A stretch of DNA of 64,000 nt, from positions 15,080 to 79,079 of the forward strand of contig CANTCS010000002.1 in assembly GCA_947652375.1 (NCBI GenBank), given 5' to 3'. The notes beneath the pieces were generated by a model that ran no database searches, had not been told where the DNA came from, and worked only from the letters and a program-made list of their open reading frames with translations. The stretch comes from an uncultured Mollicutes bacterium (GTDB lineage Bacteria > Bacillota_I > Bacilli_A > RF39 > UBA660). Position 1 is the stretch's first letter, and every line of letters starts with the position of its first letter. Below, one piece after another: positions 27,732-36,133 of the stretch. The translations under genes were made by a program, and so were the position numbers.

Positions 27732-30143
27732 TTAATTTTCTTCTAAATCTAATTCAATTTTATTTACATTATATTCTTTTGTAGTTTGACTCATTTCCAA
27801 TTTTTGAATACTCAATGTTGCCTTAAAATCTTTAATAGATTTGTTTATTGCTTCAGCTAATTCTTCATTTACGCTTAATTCTAAACTCTTAATTGGTGTT
27901 TTAAGAGAAACATTATTATTAGTTTTTTCTCCCCTAGCTTGACTAATTATACCAATTATAATATCACCATTTTTAATTTCATTTGTAAAATCAAAATTTA
28001 ACGGTTTTATTTCTGTTAAATGGATAGATTTTTCATTATGATATATCTCTTGATAGATTTCTTCGGTAATAAAAGGGAAAAAAATGCTGAAATCTTGAAG
28101 TAGTTTATATAATAATTTGTAAACTGTCTTTTGTCCTGAATATCTTGGAACTTCTCCGAATTCCTCAGGTCTATATAATCTGTGTTTAACAATTTCAATA
28201 TAATTATCACAGAAATTCCAGAAAAATTTTTCTAAGTGGTTTAATGCTAATCCTACTTCATATTCATCAAGATATTTTATAAAACCTGATTCCATTTCTT
28301 GATATTTACCCAATATCCATTTATCAATATATTCATATTCATTGAATTCTTTATCTTCATAATCTGCTAAGTGCATTTCTATAAACTTAGCAACATTCCA
28401 TAATTTATTTACCAATTTACGTCCTCTAAGAAGAGTCTCCTCACTAAATACTATATCTGTCCCAAGTCTTCCAGATCCAGCCCAATAACGAATTACATCA
28501 GCTGAATATTGATTAATTAAATCAATTGGTTCTATTTTACTATTTCCTTTGCTTTTACTTATCTTTTCACCTTTATTAGCCATAACGAAACCTGAAATCA
28601 TTACATTATCCCATGGACGAGTTCCAAAATGATAAAAACTTTTAACAATAGTATAAAAATCCCAAGTTCTAATTATTTCTGAAGCATTTGTTCTAATACT
28701 CATTGGTTTTAAGAAAGATTCATAATTTTCTTTCTCACCATATCTCATATTAATAAGCGGTGTTACTGATGAAGTTGCCCATGTATCCATTACATCAGTT
28801 TCTGGTATAAATTCAGTGCATCCACATTTACAAGATTCGTGAGGTTTATCTACTAATGGATTAACTGGTAAATCTATAACCCTCGCAAATATAGAATCAC
28901 CACATTCTTTACAATACCAAACTGGAAAAGGTACGCCAAAATATCTTTGTCTTGAAATACACCAATCCCACATGATATTTTCTACCCACTCATTGTATCT
29001 ATTTTTCATGTGTCCTGGATACCATTTAATCTCTGAACCAATTTTTAAGAATTCCTCTTTATGATTCATAATATCTATAAACCATTGTTTCATTACAGAA
29101 TATTCTACTTCTTTGCCACATCTTTCATGTGTTTGAACTTCATGTTCTAATTCTTCGATTTTGACTACGAATCCACCTGCTTGTAAATCTTCTATGATTT
29201 GTTTTCTAGCTTCTTTAATCTTTAATCCACCATAATTTGGGACTTCATTGATAATTCTACCATTGTCAGTAAAAATATGTTTAAGTGGTAAATTATATTT
29301 TTTCCACCATTCTATATCTGTTTGATCTCCAAAAGTACAACACATAACTACTCCTGTCCCTTTATCTATTGCTACCTTTTCATCTGCCATAATTGGAACA
29401 CTCACATCTATAACCGGAATATGTGCTGTTTTGCCAATTAATGACTTGTGTACTTCATCATTAGGATTAACAAAAACACATACAATGGCTGGTAGTAATT
29501 CTGGTCTTGTAGTTGCTATTGTAAATTCTTCGCCATCTTCTTCAGTTTTAAAGTTGATATAGTTAAATGTTGTTTTAATTGTCTTTGTTTCAAGTTCAGC
29601 TTGTGCAATTGAAGTTAAGCATTCATTGCACCAAAGTGCTGGACTTTCTTTATGATAACAATATCCTTTATCAATCAAATCTAAAAATGATGCTTGACTA
29701 ATTTTAATTGTTGAGGGACTAACTGTTTTATAATGAATACCCCAATCTGTACTAACTCCCATTTTACTAAATAATTCTTCAAATTCGGCTTCATATTTAT
29801 CTGTTGTTTCATAGCACAATTTTGAAAATTCTTCTCTACCAATCTCATGTGCTTTTTTACCTTGTTCTTTTTCTACTAATCTTTCACTTGGTAAACCGTT
29901 ATCATCAAATCCAAACGGATAGAAAATATTAAATCCTCTTAATCTTTTATATCTCGCTATCATTTCAGTTTGAGAATATGAAAATATATGTCCAATATGA
30001 ATTTTACCATTAACTGTTGGTGGAGGAGTATCTATTGAAAATACTTCTCTCTCGTCTGGATTAAATTCATAAATTTTATTTTCTTTCCAATATTCTAACC
30101 ATTTTGTTTCTTTTTCTTGTGCGTTATATTTTTTATCTAACAT
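27732..30143 (-). CDS. valS: valine--tRNA ligase, short archaeal-like form
   Basis: Class Ia motifs PPPTVNGKIHIGH, TTRPE, DVMDTWATSS and KISKSKGN. It is 803 aa. A T-box leader with a GUA specifier lies upstream. Confidence 0.85.
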   Translation of the reverse strand: MLDKKYNAQEKETKWLEYWKENKIYEFNPDEREVFSIDTPPPTVNGKIHIGHIFSYSQTEMIARYKRLRGFNIFYPFGFDDNGLPSERLVEKEQGKKAHEIGREEFSKLCYETTDKYEAEFEELFSKMGVSTDWGIHYKTVSPSTIKISQASFLDLIDKGYCYHKESPALWCNECLTSIAQAELETKTIKTTFNYINFKTEEDGEEFTIATTRPELLPAIVCVFVNPNDEVHKSLIGKTAHIPVIDVSVPIMADEKVAIDKGTGVVMCCTFGDQTDIEWWKKYNLPLKHIFTDNGRIINEVPNYGGLKIKEARKQIIEDLQAGGFVVKIEELEHEVQTHERCGKEVEYSVMKQWFIDIMNHKEEFLKIGSEIKWYPGHMKNRYNEWVENIMWDWCISRQRYFGVPFPVWYCKECGDSIFARVIDLPVNPLVDKPHESCKCGCTEFIPETDVMDTWATSSVTPLINMRYGEKENYESFLKPMSIRTNASEIIRTWDFYTIVKSFYHFGTRPWDNVMISGFVMANKGEKISKSKGNSKIEPIDLINQYSADVIRYWAGSGRLGTDIVFSEETLLRGRKLVNKLWNVAKFIEMHLADYEDKEFNEYEYIDKWILGKYQEMESGFIKYLDEYEVGLALNHLEKFFWNFCDNYIEIVKHRLYRPEEFGEVPRYSGQKTVYKLLYKLLQDFSIFFPFITEEIYQEIYHNEKSIHLTEIKPLNFDFTNEIKNGDIIIGIISQARGEKTNNNVSLKTPIKSLELSVNEELAEAINKSIKDFKATLSIQKLEMSQTTKEYNVNKIELDLEEN

Positions 30144-30173
30144 AAATTCACTTCTTTCTATTTAAATTAAAAT

Positions 30174-30398
30174 AAAAAACAAGTCCTCCTAAAGGACGAA
30201 CTTGTCGTGGTACCACCTTAATTTCTATCTTATGATAGCTTGATATTTTTAACGGAATAATCCGGGATAACTTACTAATTTTTCAGAAATCATGCTCCTC
30301 TGCTACATTCAATATATTTTTATATTCATTCGCACCAAACATGAACTCTCTTTTATAATAAATATATTTACTCTTCAGATTCTTTGCATCTGCTTGTA
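30174..30398 (-). promoter_or_regulatory. T-box riboswitch leader (Val, specifier GUA) with terminator/antiterminator
   Basis: On the minus strand: promoter TTGAAA-17-TATAAT (30399-30427), Stem I with AGAGTA, distal AGAGAG and GGTGCGA, a specifier loop GAAT-GTA-G, the T-box sequence AATTAAGGTGGTACCACG (30206-30223), and a terminator hairpin at 30179-30205 followed by a T-run. Confidence 0.85.
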
Positions 30399-30697
30399 AT
30401 TATATCTTAATTTATGAGAGATTTCAAGTGAAAATTAAATGGATTAAAAATAACATATTTTTTTCTTTGAAAATTGTCGTTGAAAATTTAATTTATTAAG
30501 CAAAATTTTTTTAGATAATTTACTCTCTTATTTGTTATTAACCATTTAAAAATACTATGCAATGTCATAGTATCAAACTATAGTCTGTGGGGGATGCTAG
30601 TGGCGTAGTCACTAATGCTTTTGCCATAATAAGGCTAGTATTACCCTTATTATGTAGCACGAAGCATGTAGCATAATTATTTTATAGAAATTCTCTT

Positions 30698-31134
30698 CTA
30701 TTTAGTCAATTTCATACTTTTAGGTTTTACCATTTGATAATGAAAATTAGTTTCGCCAGATTTCTCAAATCGTAATCTTTTATATAAAGTTTCCAACTGG
30801 GTTTTGCTTAAAATATTGTATTTCAATATTAGTATCAGAGTACTTTTCTAGCATATCTTTTAATATTTTAGTACCAATTCCCTTACCTTGATATTCAGGA
30901 ATAATACAAATATTTCCTATTTCGTAATTTCCATTTTCTAAACTTTCTCCATTATAAAATCCTATATCTTTATTATCATATTGTATTATATATTTCCAAA
31001 ATATTTTTGTTGAGTTTCTTCTTCCCATTTACCCCAACATTCTTCTACATATTTTTTATATGCATTCTTTTTTACTTCATAAACAAATTTATAACATTAA
31101 TAGTATATTTTCTTAATGTTACATATTCAATCAT
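30698..31134 (-). pseudogene. GNAT-family N-acetyltransferase, frameshifted
   Basis: Only an 82-aa internal ORF is in the track (30780..31028, with IIPEYQGKGIGTKIL). The N-terminal piece (MIEYVTL...VYEVKKNAYKKYVEECWGKWEEETQQKYF) and the C-terminal piece (YKRLRFEKSGETNFHYQMVKPK) are in other frames. Confidence 0.7.
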
Positions 31135-31303
31135 TATTTTACCTCTTCATTTAAGAATTAACTTTTACAAATATATTATATCATAAATCAATAATATGTA
31201 TATAATTTCAAATTTATTTATCTATTGATAATCATGTTACTATATTTGACTTTCTCTACGATTTAAGGATTTTTTTAGAAAACTTTTTATCTTTTAATAG
31301 AAA

Positions 31304-31326
31304 AGAAGATCGTTTATTGATCTTCT
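31304..31326 (-). terminator. intrinsic terminator ending the T7SS-like operon
   Basis: On the minus strand: AGAAGATC-AATAAAC-GATCTTCT followed by TTTC. It overlaps the stop codon of the DUF4176-like gene. Confidence 0.55.
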
Positions 31327-31664
31327 GGATTAATATTTTCTATTGTTTGAGCATTTATCATTTGTTCAATTCCGCCATTTAACACTTTAGATATTTCAAA
31401 ATATTTATCTGTTACATAACCTTTAAAACAGATCCTCTCTATTTGATCATGATTAAATGCAAATAGTTGATCACTTGTTACCATACCCTCTGGATAGAAG
31501 CAAGCTCCGTAATCAAACATTACTCCTTGAGCATCAACTTTTCCACTTTTGTCATAAACTTCACCATTTGGAATTATACAATAGCTAGTAATCATTAATT
31601 CTCTTTTACCGCCCTTTAATAAAACTACTGTTCCTATAGGTAAAAATCTTTCTTCATTCTCCAT
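31314..31664 (-). CDS. DUF4176-like protein (T7SSb-associated family)
   Basis: FLPIGTVVLLKGGKRELMITSY...FDYGACFYPEGMVTSDQLFAFNHDQIERICFKGY matches the DUF4176 pattern as I remember it. RBS AGGAGGA. Confidence 0.7.
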   Translation of the reverse strand: MENEERFLPIGTVVLLKGGKRELMITSYCIIPNGEVYDKSGKVDAQGVMFDYGACFYPEGMVTSDQLFAFNHDQIERICFKGYVTDKYFEISKVLNGGIEQMINAQTIENINPEDQ

Positions 31665-31678
31665 TTTTATCCTCCTTT

Positions 31679-34375
31679 TTATTGCAAATCAGCTAGTTCT
31701 TCATTATTTCTAGCATCATATTTTTCTGTCTGCTCTTCAGATTGATATCCATAATCATCATCGTCATCTAAATATGCTTCTGTGTCAGATGAATCATCAT
31801 AATCTAGATCAATTGTATCTTCTCCAGTCCACTCTTCTGTTTCGATTTCATCATCTTCGCCATTTTCATTATTATTTTTTCGATCCATATAAACTTTAGC
31901 TCCTATTCCTGCAGCTGCTGCGGCAGATAAACCAGCTATAACAGGAATTACTGTTCCTCCACTTCCAGATGATGTAGTTATAGGTTTAGTAGATGTTGGT
32001 ATTTTTGTGTATTTACTTCCTTTAATAACTTCATCTATCGATGTTGATGAATCGGATAACATATCATCTAAATCTGTAAAGTCTTCTGGATCATCTGTTA
32101 TGAAATCAAAATCATCATCATAATCTTGGTAACCGTTAGAGCCACTATATCCTCCACCTGTATGTTGAGTATTTTGTTCAGAATTGTTTATAGGTGGTTG
32201 TTGAGGTTCTGATGGTTGAGGTGCTGGTTGTGTTGGAGGCGTGTTATTTATATTGTTATCATTATTTGATGGTGGAGTGGTTGTATCTGTTGGTGGTTGT
32301 GGTGTTGGCTCTTTAGGTGGTTCTTCTTCTGGTTTTTTTGGTGGAAATGGGTCAATATCTTTTATTACTCTATTATCAGCAGAATTTTTTTCATCTTTTC
32401 CTTCAAGATCTTTAATTTTAAATTGTTTTTCACTTTTTTCTTCATTTGTATACGTTGAAGTTGGTGATGATGATGTTGTTGTTGGTGGTGATGGTGTACT
32501 TGTCGCTACTTTATTATTAGAAGTTTTAGCAACTGTTGGTGTACTTCTCTTACTACTTCCTACCCCATTTGAAACATTTTGTGGGGAAGTTGATGGTTGA
32601 GTTTGATTAATTTCTGTATTAACTGTTGGAGATTTTGGAACAGTGTATGTAATATTACTTTTTATAGATGTTGAATCTCCTATATCTTGATTAATTTGAG
32701 GTTTACTAGTAAATTGTGTTACTGCTTTTTCAATTGCACTTGATTTTTCACTTTGAATACTATTATATATTCTATTTCCTGACACGGCTGCAACTCCAGG
32801 TACTACAGAGGAACTTATTGCTCCTTTAGCAACTGTTTTAACTCCAGTTACAGCTTTTTCTGCTATTTGAACTGGAATTGTAACTGGTGCTTTAGCAACT
32901 TTACCAATGGTATTTCCTGCTCCTTTAACAATTTTAGAAATTTTATGATCTCCAGAAACAGTATTAGCGATATTAGTTTTAGTTTTAGAAATTGCATCAG
33001 TTGCTTTATTTTTTATAGTGGTTGTTGCTGTTTTAAAAGCATCTTTGCTACTAGTAGCAGCATTTTTGGCTGCTGTAGCTCCTGATTTATAGGCATTTTT
33101 TACTGTTGTTCCTGGATCTTTTATGGCTTTACCTACTTGTTTTGCGCCACTTACTACTTTATTTCCTGCAGATGCTGCTTTAGAACCCACTAATGAAATA
33201 CCAGCTTTAGCAGTTGATTTTAAACCATCTTGACTAATTTTTTGACTTATTTTTTGTCCAGCTTTATAGCTTGTTTTTGATATTACATCATTATAACCTT
33301 GAATATTAGATAAACTCTTTTGTCCATCGCTAATCATTTTATTAGCTCTAATTATATCATCTTGAGCTTTAGAAAAGGTATTTTTGGCCTTATCTATCAT
33401 TCCTTGAGTAAATTCAGGATTAACCATATCTTTTCCAGCTTGTTCTAAAGTTGCTTCTGCTTGTTCTTTTAATTGTGTTCCTTGTTTTATTTGCTCTTTA
33501 TATGGCTTTGCCGCATTTTTTTCTCCTAATTTACCAAAACCATAAGCAATTGCTCCTTGAACAGCTCCTTGTTTAGCTCCACTTAATGCTGCATCATCAA
33601 AGGACATTCCTTGTCTTAAACCAGATTCAGTTCCACTACCCATTCCCATCAATACAGCGGCTGTTGTATTAGCTCTTGTTGTATTTCCAATTAAAATGTT
33701 AGCAGCTTTAGCGGCTTTTCCTCCTTTTGAAGCTAGACCTACTCCACTTGCTGCTCCAGCTGTTGCAGCTGTAATAGCTAATGTTCCAGTAATTGCTCCA
33801 CTGATTTTAATAGCTCCAGCTAATTTACTATCTTCTGTAAATGCTGATTTTTTGGCAATATCACTTTCATAATAAAAGTTAAAAGCATCATGTGACCATT
33901 CTTTTTTAACAAAATTAGAACAAGCATTTTCTAATCCACTATCTTTTGGAGCAATCCACCCCACAATTGATACAGCTCCATCACCGATGTCTTCAAAAAC
34001 AGATAAAATTCCTTCTCCAAGCTTAGATCCTCCCATTAAAAATGAGCTTCCTGCTTTTTCCCACCATGCTGCTGATTCATATTCTTTAATATCGTTTGCT
34101 TTATTTTGTATTTGTTTACTTATATCTTCTATTGCTGTTGAGATATTATCAAAAAGAGCATCAAAGGCTGCAAAATCAATACTGCCTACATATTGAGATA
34201 AACCGTTAACGTTATTTAATTTTTTTATGGCTTCATTTACTACTGCTCTTGCTTCTTCAATTTCACCAGTACGAATTTTTTGTATTTCAGATACTACAAG
34301 ATCGACTTTTTCAAAATTAGCATAAACGTCAGCTTCCTTTTCATCTCGACCTGTTAACCAACTAACAAATCCCAT
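31679..34375 (-). CDS. 898-aa putative T7SS substrate/effector. It has an N-terminal helical domain, a PT-TG-like motif, Gly/Ala zipper segments, Lys/Ala/Thr repeats, a Pro/Thr-rich spacer, a C-terminal TM and an acidic tail.
   Basis: Track ORF with RBS GGAGAG. There is no Sec signal peptide. Motifs are described in the findings. Confidence 0.6.
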   Translation of the reverse strand: MGFVSWLTGRDEKEADVYANFEKVDLVVSEIQKIRTGEIEEARAVVNEAIKKLNNVNGLSQYVGSIDFAAFDALFDNISTAIEDISKQIQNKANDIKEYESAAWWEKAGSSFLMGGSKLGEGILSVFEDIGDGAVSIVGWIAPKDSGLENACSNFVKKEWSHDAFNFYYESDIAKKSAFTEDSKLAGAIKISGAITGTLAITAATAGAASGVGLASKGGKAAKAANILIGNTTRANTTAAVLMGMGSGTESGLRQGMSFDDAALSGAKQGAVQGAIAYGFGKLGEKNAAKPYKEQIKQGTQLKEQAEATLEQAGKDMVNPEFTQGMIDKAKNTFSKAQDDIIRANKMISDGQKSLSNIQGYNDVISKTSYKAGQKISQKISQDGLKSTAKAGISLVGSKAASAGNKVVSGAKQVGKAIKDPGTTVKNAYKSGATAAKNAATSSKDAFKTATTTIKNKATDAISKTKTNIANTVSGDHKISKIVKGAGNTIGKVAKAPVTIPVQIAEKAVTGVKTVAKGAISSSVVPGVAAVSGNRIYNSIQSEKSSAIEKAVTQFTSKPQINQDIGDSTSIKSNITYTVPKSPTVNTEINQTQPSTSPQNVSNGVGSSKRSTPTVAKTSNNKVATSTPSPPTTTSSSPTSTYTNEEKSEKQFKIKDLEGKDEKNSADNRVIKDIDPFPPKKPEEEPPKEPTPQPPTDTTTPPSNNDNNINNTPPTQPAPQPSEPQQPPINNSEQNTQHTGGGYSGSNGYQDYDDDFDFITDDPEDFTDLDDMLSDSSTSIDEVIKGSKYTKIPTSTKPITTSSGSGGTVIPVIAGLSAAAAAGIGAKVYMDRKNNNENGEDDEIETEEWTGEDTIDLDYDDSSDTEAYLDDDDDYGYQSEEQTEKYDARNNEELADLQ

Positions 34376-34390
34376 AATTAACTCTCCTTT

Positions 34391-34801
34391 CTATCCCTCT
34401 ATTACTTGTCCACCAGCGCCTGATGCTGTTGCATTGGCAGTACTATAAGCTTCTTCATTAGCTTTTATTTGTAATTCATCATGAGCTTTTACTGATTCGC
34501 CATAAATACTACTAATGCTTTCTAAAATAGTATTTGGAACTTGTTTTAATTCTTTACATATATCATCAATTGTTTGAGTCATTTTAGTTCCTTCGACAAT
34601 GATGGCATCTTCTGCATCTAATTTTATATAAGTAATAGCATTTATAATATTTTTAATTTCTTCTTCCGCTTTATTTTTTACATTATCAATAGCTTCTTGG
34701 ACTTTGGAAGGATTAATTAAACTATTTGCATCTTGTGCTGTAACTGCACAAATATTTTGACCTTCACTATCAGTAGCTATATATACTTTTGGTACCTCCA
34801 T
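34391..34801 (-). CDS. 136-aa helical accessory protein of the T7SS-like operon
   Basis: I chose the start at MEVPKVYIATD (RBS AAGGGAGAG), internal to track ORF 34391..34828. The protein is predicted mostly helical and has an Ala/Gly-rich C-terminus. Confidence 0.55.
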   Translation of the reverse strand: MEVPKVYIATDSEGQNICAVTAQDANSLINPSKVQEAIDNVKNKAEEEIKNIINAITYIKLDAEDAIIVEGTKMTQTIDDICKELKQVPNTILESISSIYGESVKAHDELQIKANEEAYSTANATASGAGGQVIEG

Positions 34802-34824
34802 ACTCTCACTCTCCCTTTTAATAT

Positions 34825-34876
34825 GCAATGCATAGGAAAGAGAGAAACTATTATTTCTCTACTTCCGATACATTGC
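34825..34876 (-). other. long imperfect intercistronic RNA hairpin
   Basis: On the minus strand: GCAATGTATCGGAAGTAGAGAAA-TAATAG-TTTCTCTCTTTCCTATGCATTGC. No U-run follows it. Confidence 0.4.
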
Positions 34877-34894
34877 ATGTTGCAATGTATAATT

Positions 34895-35173
34895 TTATCC
34901 TTGTTCTCTATCATATTGTAAAGCTTTTTCAACAGCTAATCTTAAATTTGTTGCAGATAATTTCATATCTTCCATAGCAGCTGGAACATCAGCGCTATAA
35001 TATGATTCCCAATTTTCTCTAACTGTTTCAGACCATGTAGTTTGAATTCCAGCTGGAATTGTTTGTTTAATTGCTGTATTTAAAGTTTCCATTGATTCTT
35101 GCATACTTTGTACTAAGCTATCAATTTGTGCAGCATCATCTGTTGCAGCACCTGGATTTATTGTAACATTCAT
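34895..35173 (-). CDS. WXG100/Lap-like small helical protein (92 aa)
   Basis: A helix-turn-helix layout is predicted by eye. There is a central turn at IQTTWSE and a YYSAD (YxxxD) motif. RBS AAAGGAG. Confidence 0.6.
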   Translation of the reverse strand: MNVTINPGAATDDAAQIDSLVQSMQESMETLNTAIKQTIPAGIQTTWSETVRENWESYYSADVPAAMEDMKLSATNLRLAVEKALQYDREQG

Positions 35174-35206
35174 AATTTAGACTCCTTTCTTAAAATAAAT
35201 AGGAAA

Positions 35207-35497
35207 TTAATGCATTCCTGATTTTAAATCTCCAATCATATTACCAAACTTAGTTGTTTGTAATCCCATATATCCTTCAGCTTCTTCAATAGTTTGAGTA
35301 ATTTTATTTAAAGTATCTTGTTTTGCTTGATATTTTGCTAATAAATCATTAGCAGGATCACCTTGAATATCACCACTTGTAATTTCTTGTATTAAATTTG
35401 TTAATCTTGCTAGACTTGATTTATACTCTTGTCCTGCAGTTTCTAATGCTTGCTTTAAGCTGTTTAATGCTGCTTCATCTACGTGAATTGTTGACAT
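35207..35497 (-). CDS. T7SS effector-partner-like small helical protein (96 aa; SACOL2603/DUF3130-like)
   Basis: I chose the start at MSTIHVDEAALNSLKQ (RBS AGGAGGTGA), internal to track ORF 35207..35593. Size and N-terminal pattern resemble the TIGR04197-type family, from memory. Confidence 0.55.
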   Translation of the reverse strand: MSTIHVDEAALNSLKQALETAGQEYKSSLARLTNLIQEITSGDIQGDPANDLLAKYQAKQDTLNKITQTIEEAEGYMGLQTTKFGNMIGDLKSGMH

Positions 35498-35669
35498 ATT
35501 CTTTTCACCTCCTATTTTGTTATAAGAATATAGTTTCAAGAAACCGAACCCATATCCTAATTTCATTTTATAGATATTTTGTAAATTAATCAAGTAAAAT
35601 TATAAAAATAAATACAATTTTTTACATATGCTAATATTAGTAATCATATATTTATTTAGATAGGTGTTT

Positions 35670-35702
35670 GTCAACACACAATTAATTGTAAAACATATTC
35701 TA
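35670..35702 (+). promoter_or_regulatory. possible sigma-K type (late mother-cell) promoter of the cotZ-like genes
   Basis: CATATTCTA (35694-35702) fits the CATA---TA -10 consensus. An AC lies about 17 nt upstream. Confidence 0.3.
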
Positions 35703-35728
35703 TATTAGAAACAGAAGAGGTGGATATT

Positions 35729-36118
35729 ATGAGTTCTAAAAATTGTATTTCTAATTTATTAAAGCTAATTTGTCTTTTACAAGATAATTCTACAAGTTCA
35801 TGTAATTTGGAGAATGGTTGTTCTAAACCTTATCTAGGCCCTAGCTCTAATAATGCTTGCTACAACACTAGAATTATTCAATTATATAGATGTAATGGTA
35901 CGTTAATGGAGACTACTTTTACATCTAATGAGGGTAATGTTCTTTCTACAAATTTCTATAGGGTAATGTCAGTTGATAATAATTGTTGTAAACTTTTATT
36001 AATTAATTATGATAATATAAGTGATACTTATAATTCTACTCGTCAATATATAACAGTTAATTTAGAATGTATTGGAGCAGTTAGATGTATCAGGGATGTT
36101 ACTGTTAATTGTTTATAG
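35729..36118 (+). CDS. CotZ/CotY-family Cys-rich spore coat/exosporium protein, paralog 1
   Basis: I chose the ATG behind AGAGGTGG; the track ORF starts at GTG 35720. The pattern C..N.L..I..LQ, YNTR.IQLY, FYRV.SVD..CC.L and VNLECIGAVRC matches B. subtilis CotZ/CotY as I recall them. Confidence 0.75.
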   Translation: MSSKNCISNLLKLICLLQDNSTSSCNLENGCSKPYLGPSSNNACYNTRIIQLYRCNGTLMETTFTSNEGNVLSTNFYRVMSVDNNCCKLLLINYDNISDTYNSTRQYITVNLECIGAVRCIRDVTVNCL

Positions 36119-36133
36119 AAAGGAGGTTTTAGT

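Noticed and set aside
30300-30312. Reading the valS T-box specifier as UGU (Cys), directly after the GAA of the S-turn.
   Set aside because: The loop is one nt longer than the classic form. Anchoring on the conserved rule of codon plus purine next to the 3' helix gives GUA-G (Val), which matches the downstream ValRS. I kept it as a caveat in the finding.
32241-34196. Plus-strand ORFs (32241..32600, 32867..33085, 33987..34196) antisense to the 898-aa gene.
   Set aside because: The locally higher GC content and Ala/Gly/Pro codon bias of the sense gene suppress stops on the antisense strand. The products are Gly/Val/Ser/Cys strings without RBSs.
35498-35593. N-terminal extension of the first operon gene in the track (MINLQNIYKMKLGYGFGFLK...).
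   Set aside because: A perfect AGGAGGTGA RBS sits in front of the internal ATG at 35497. The extension would cover the putative promoter.
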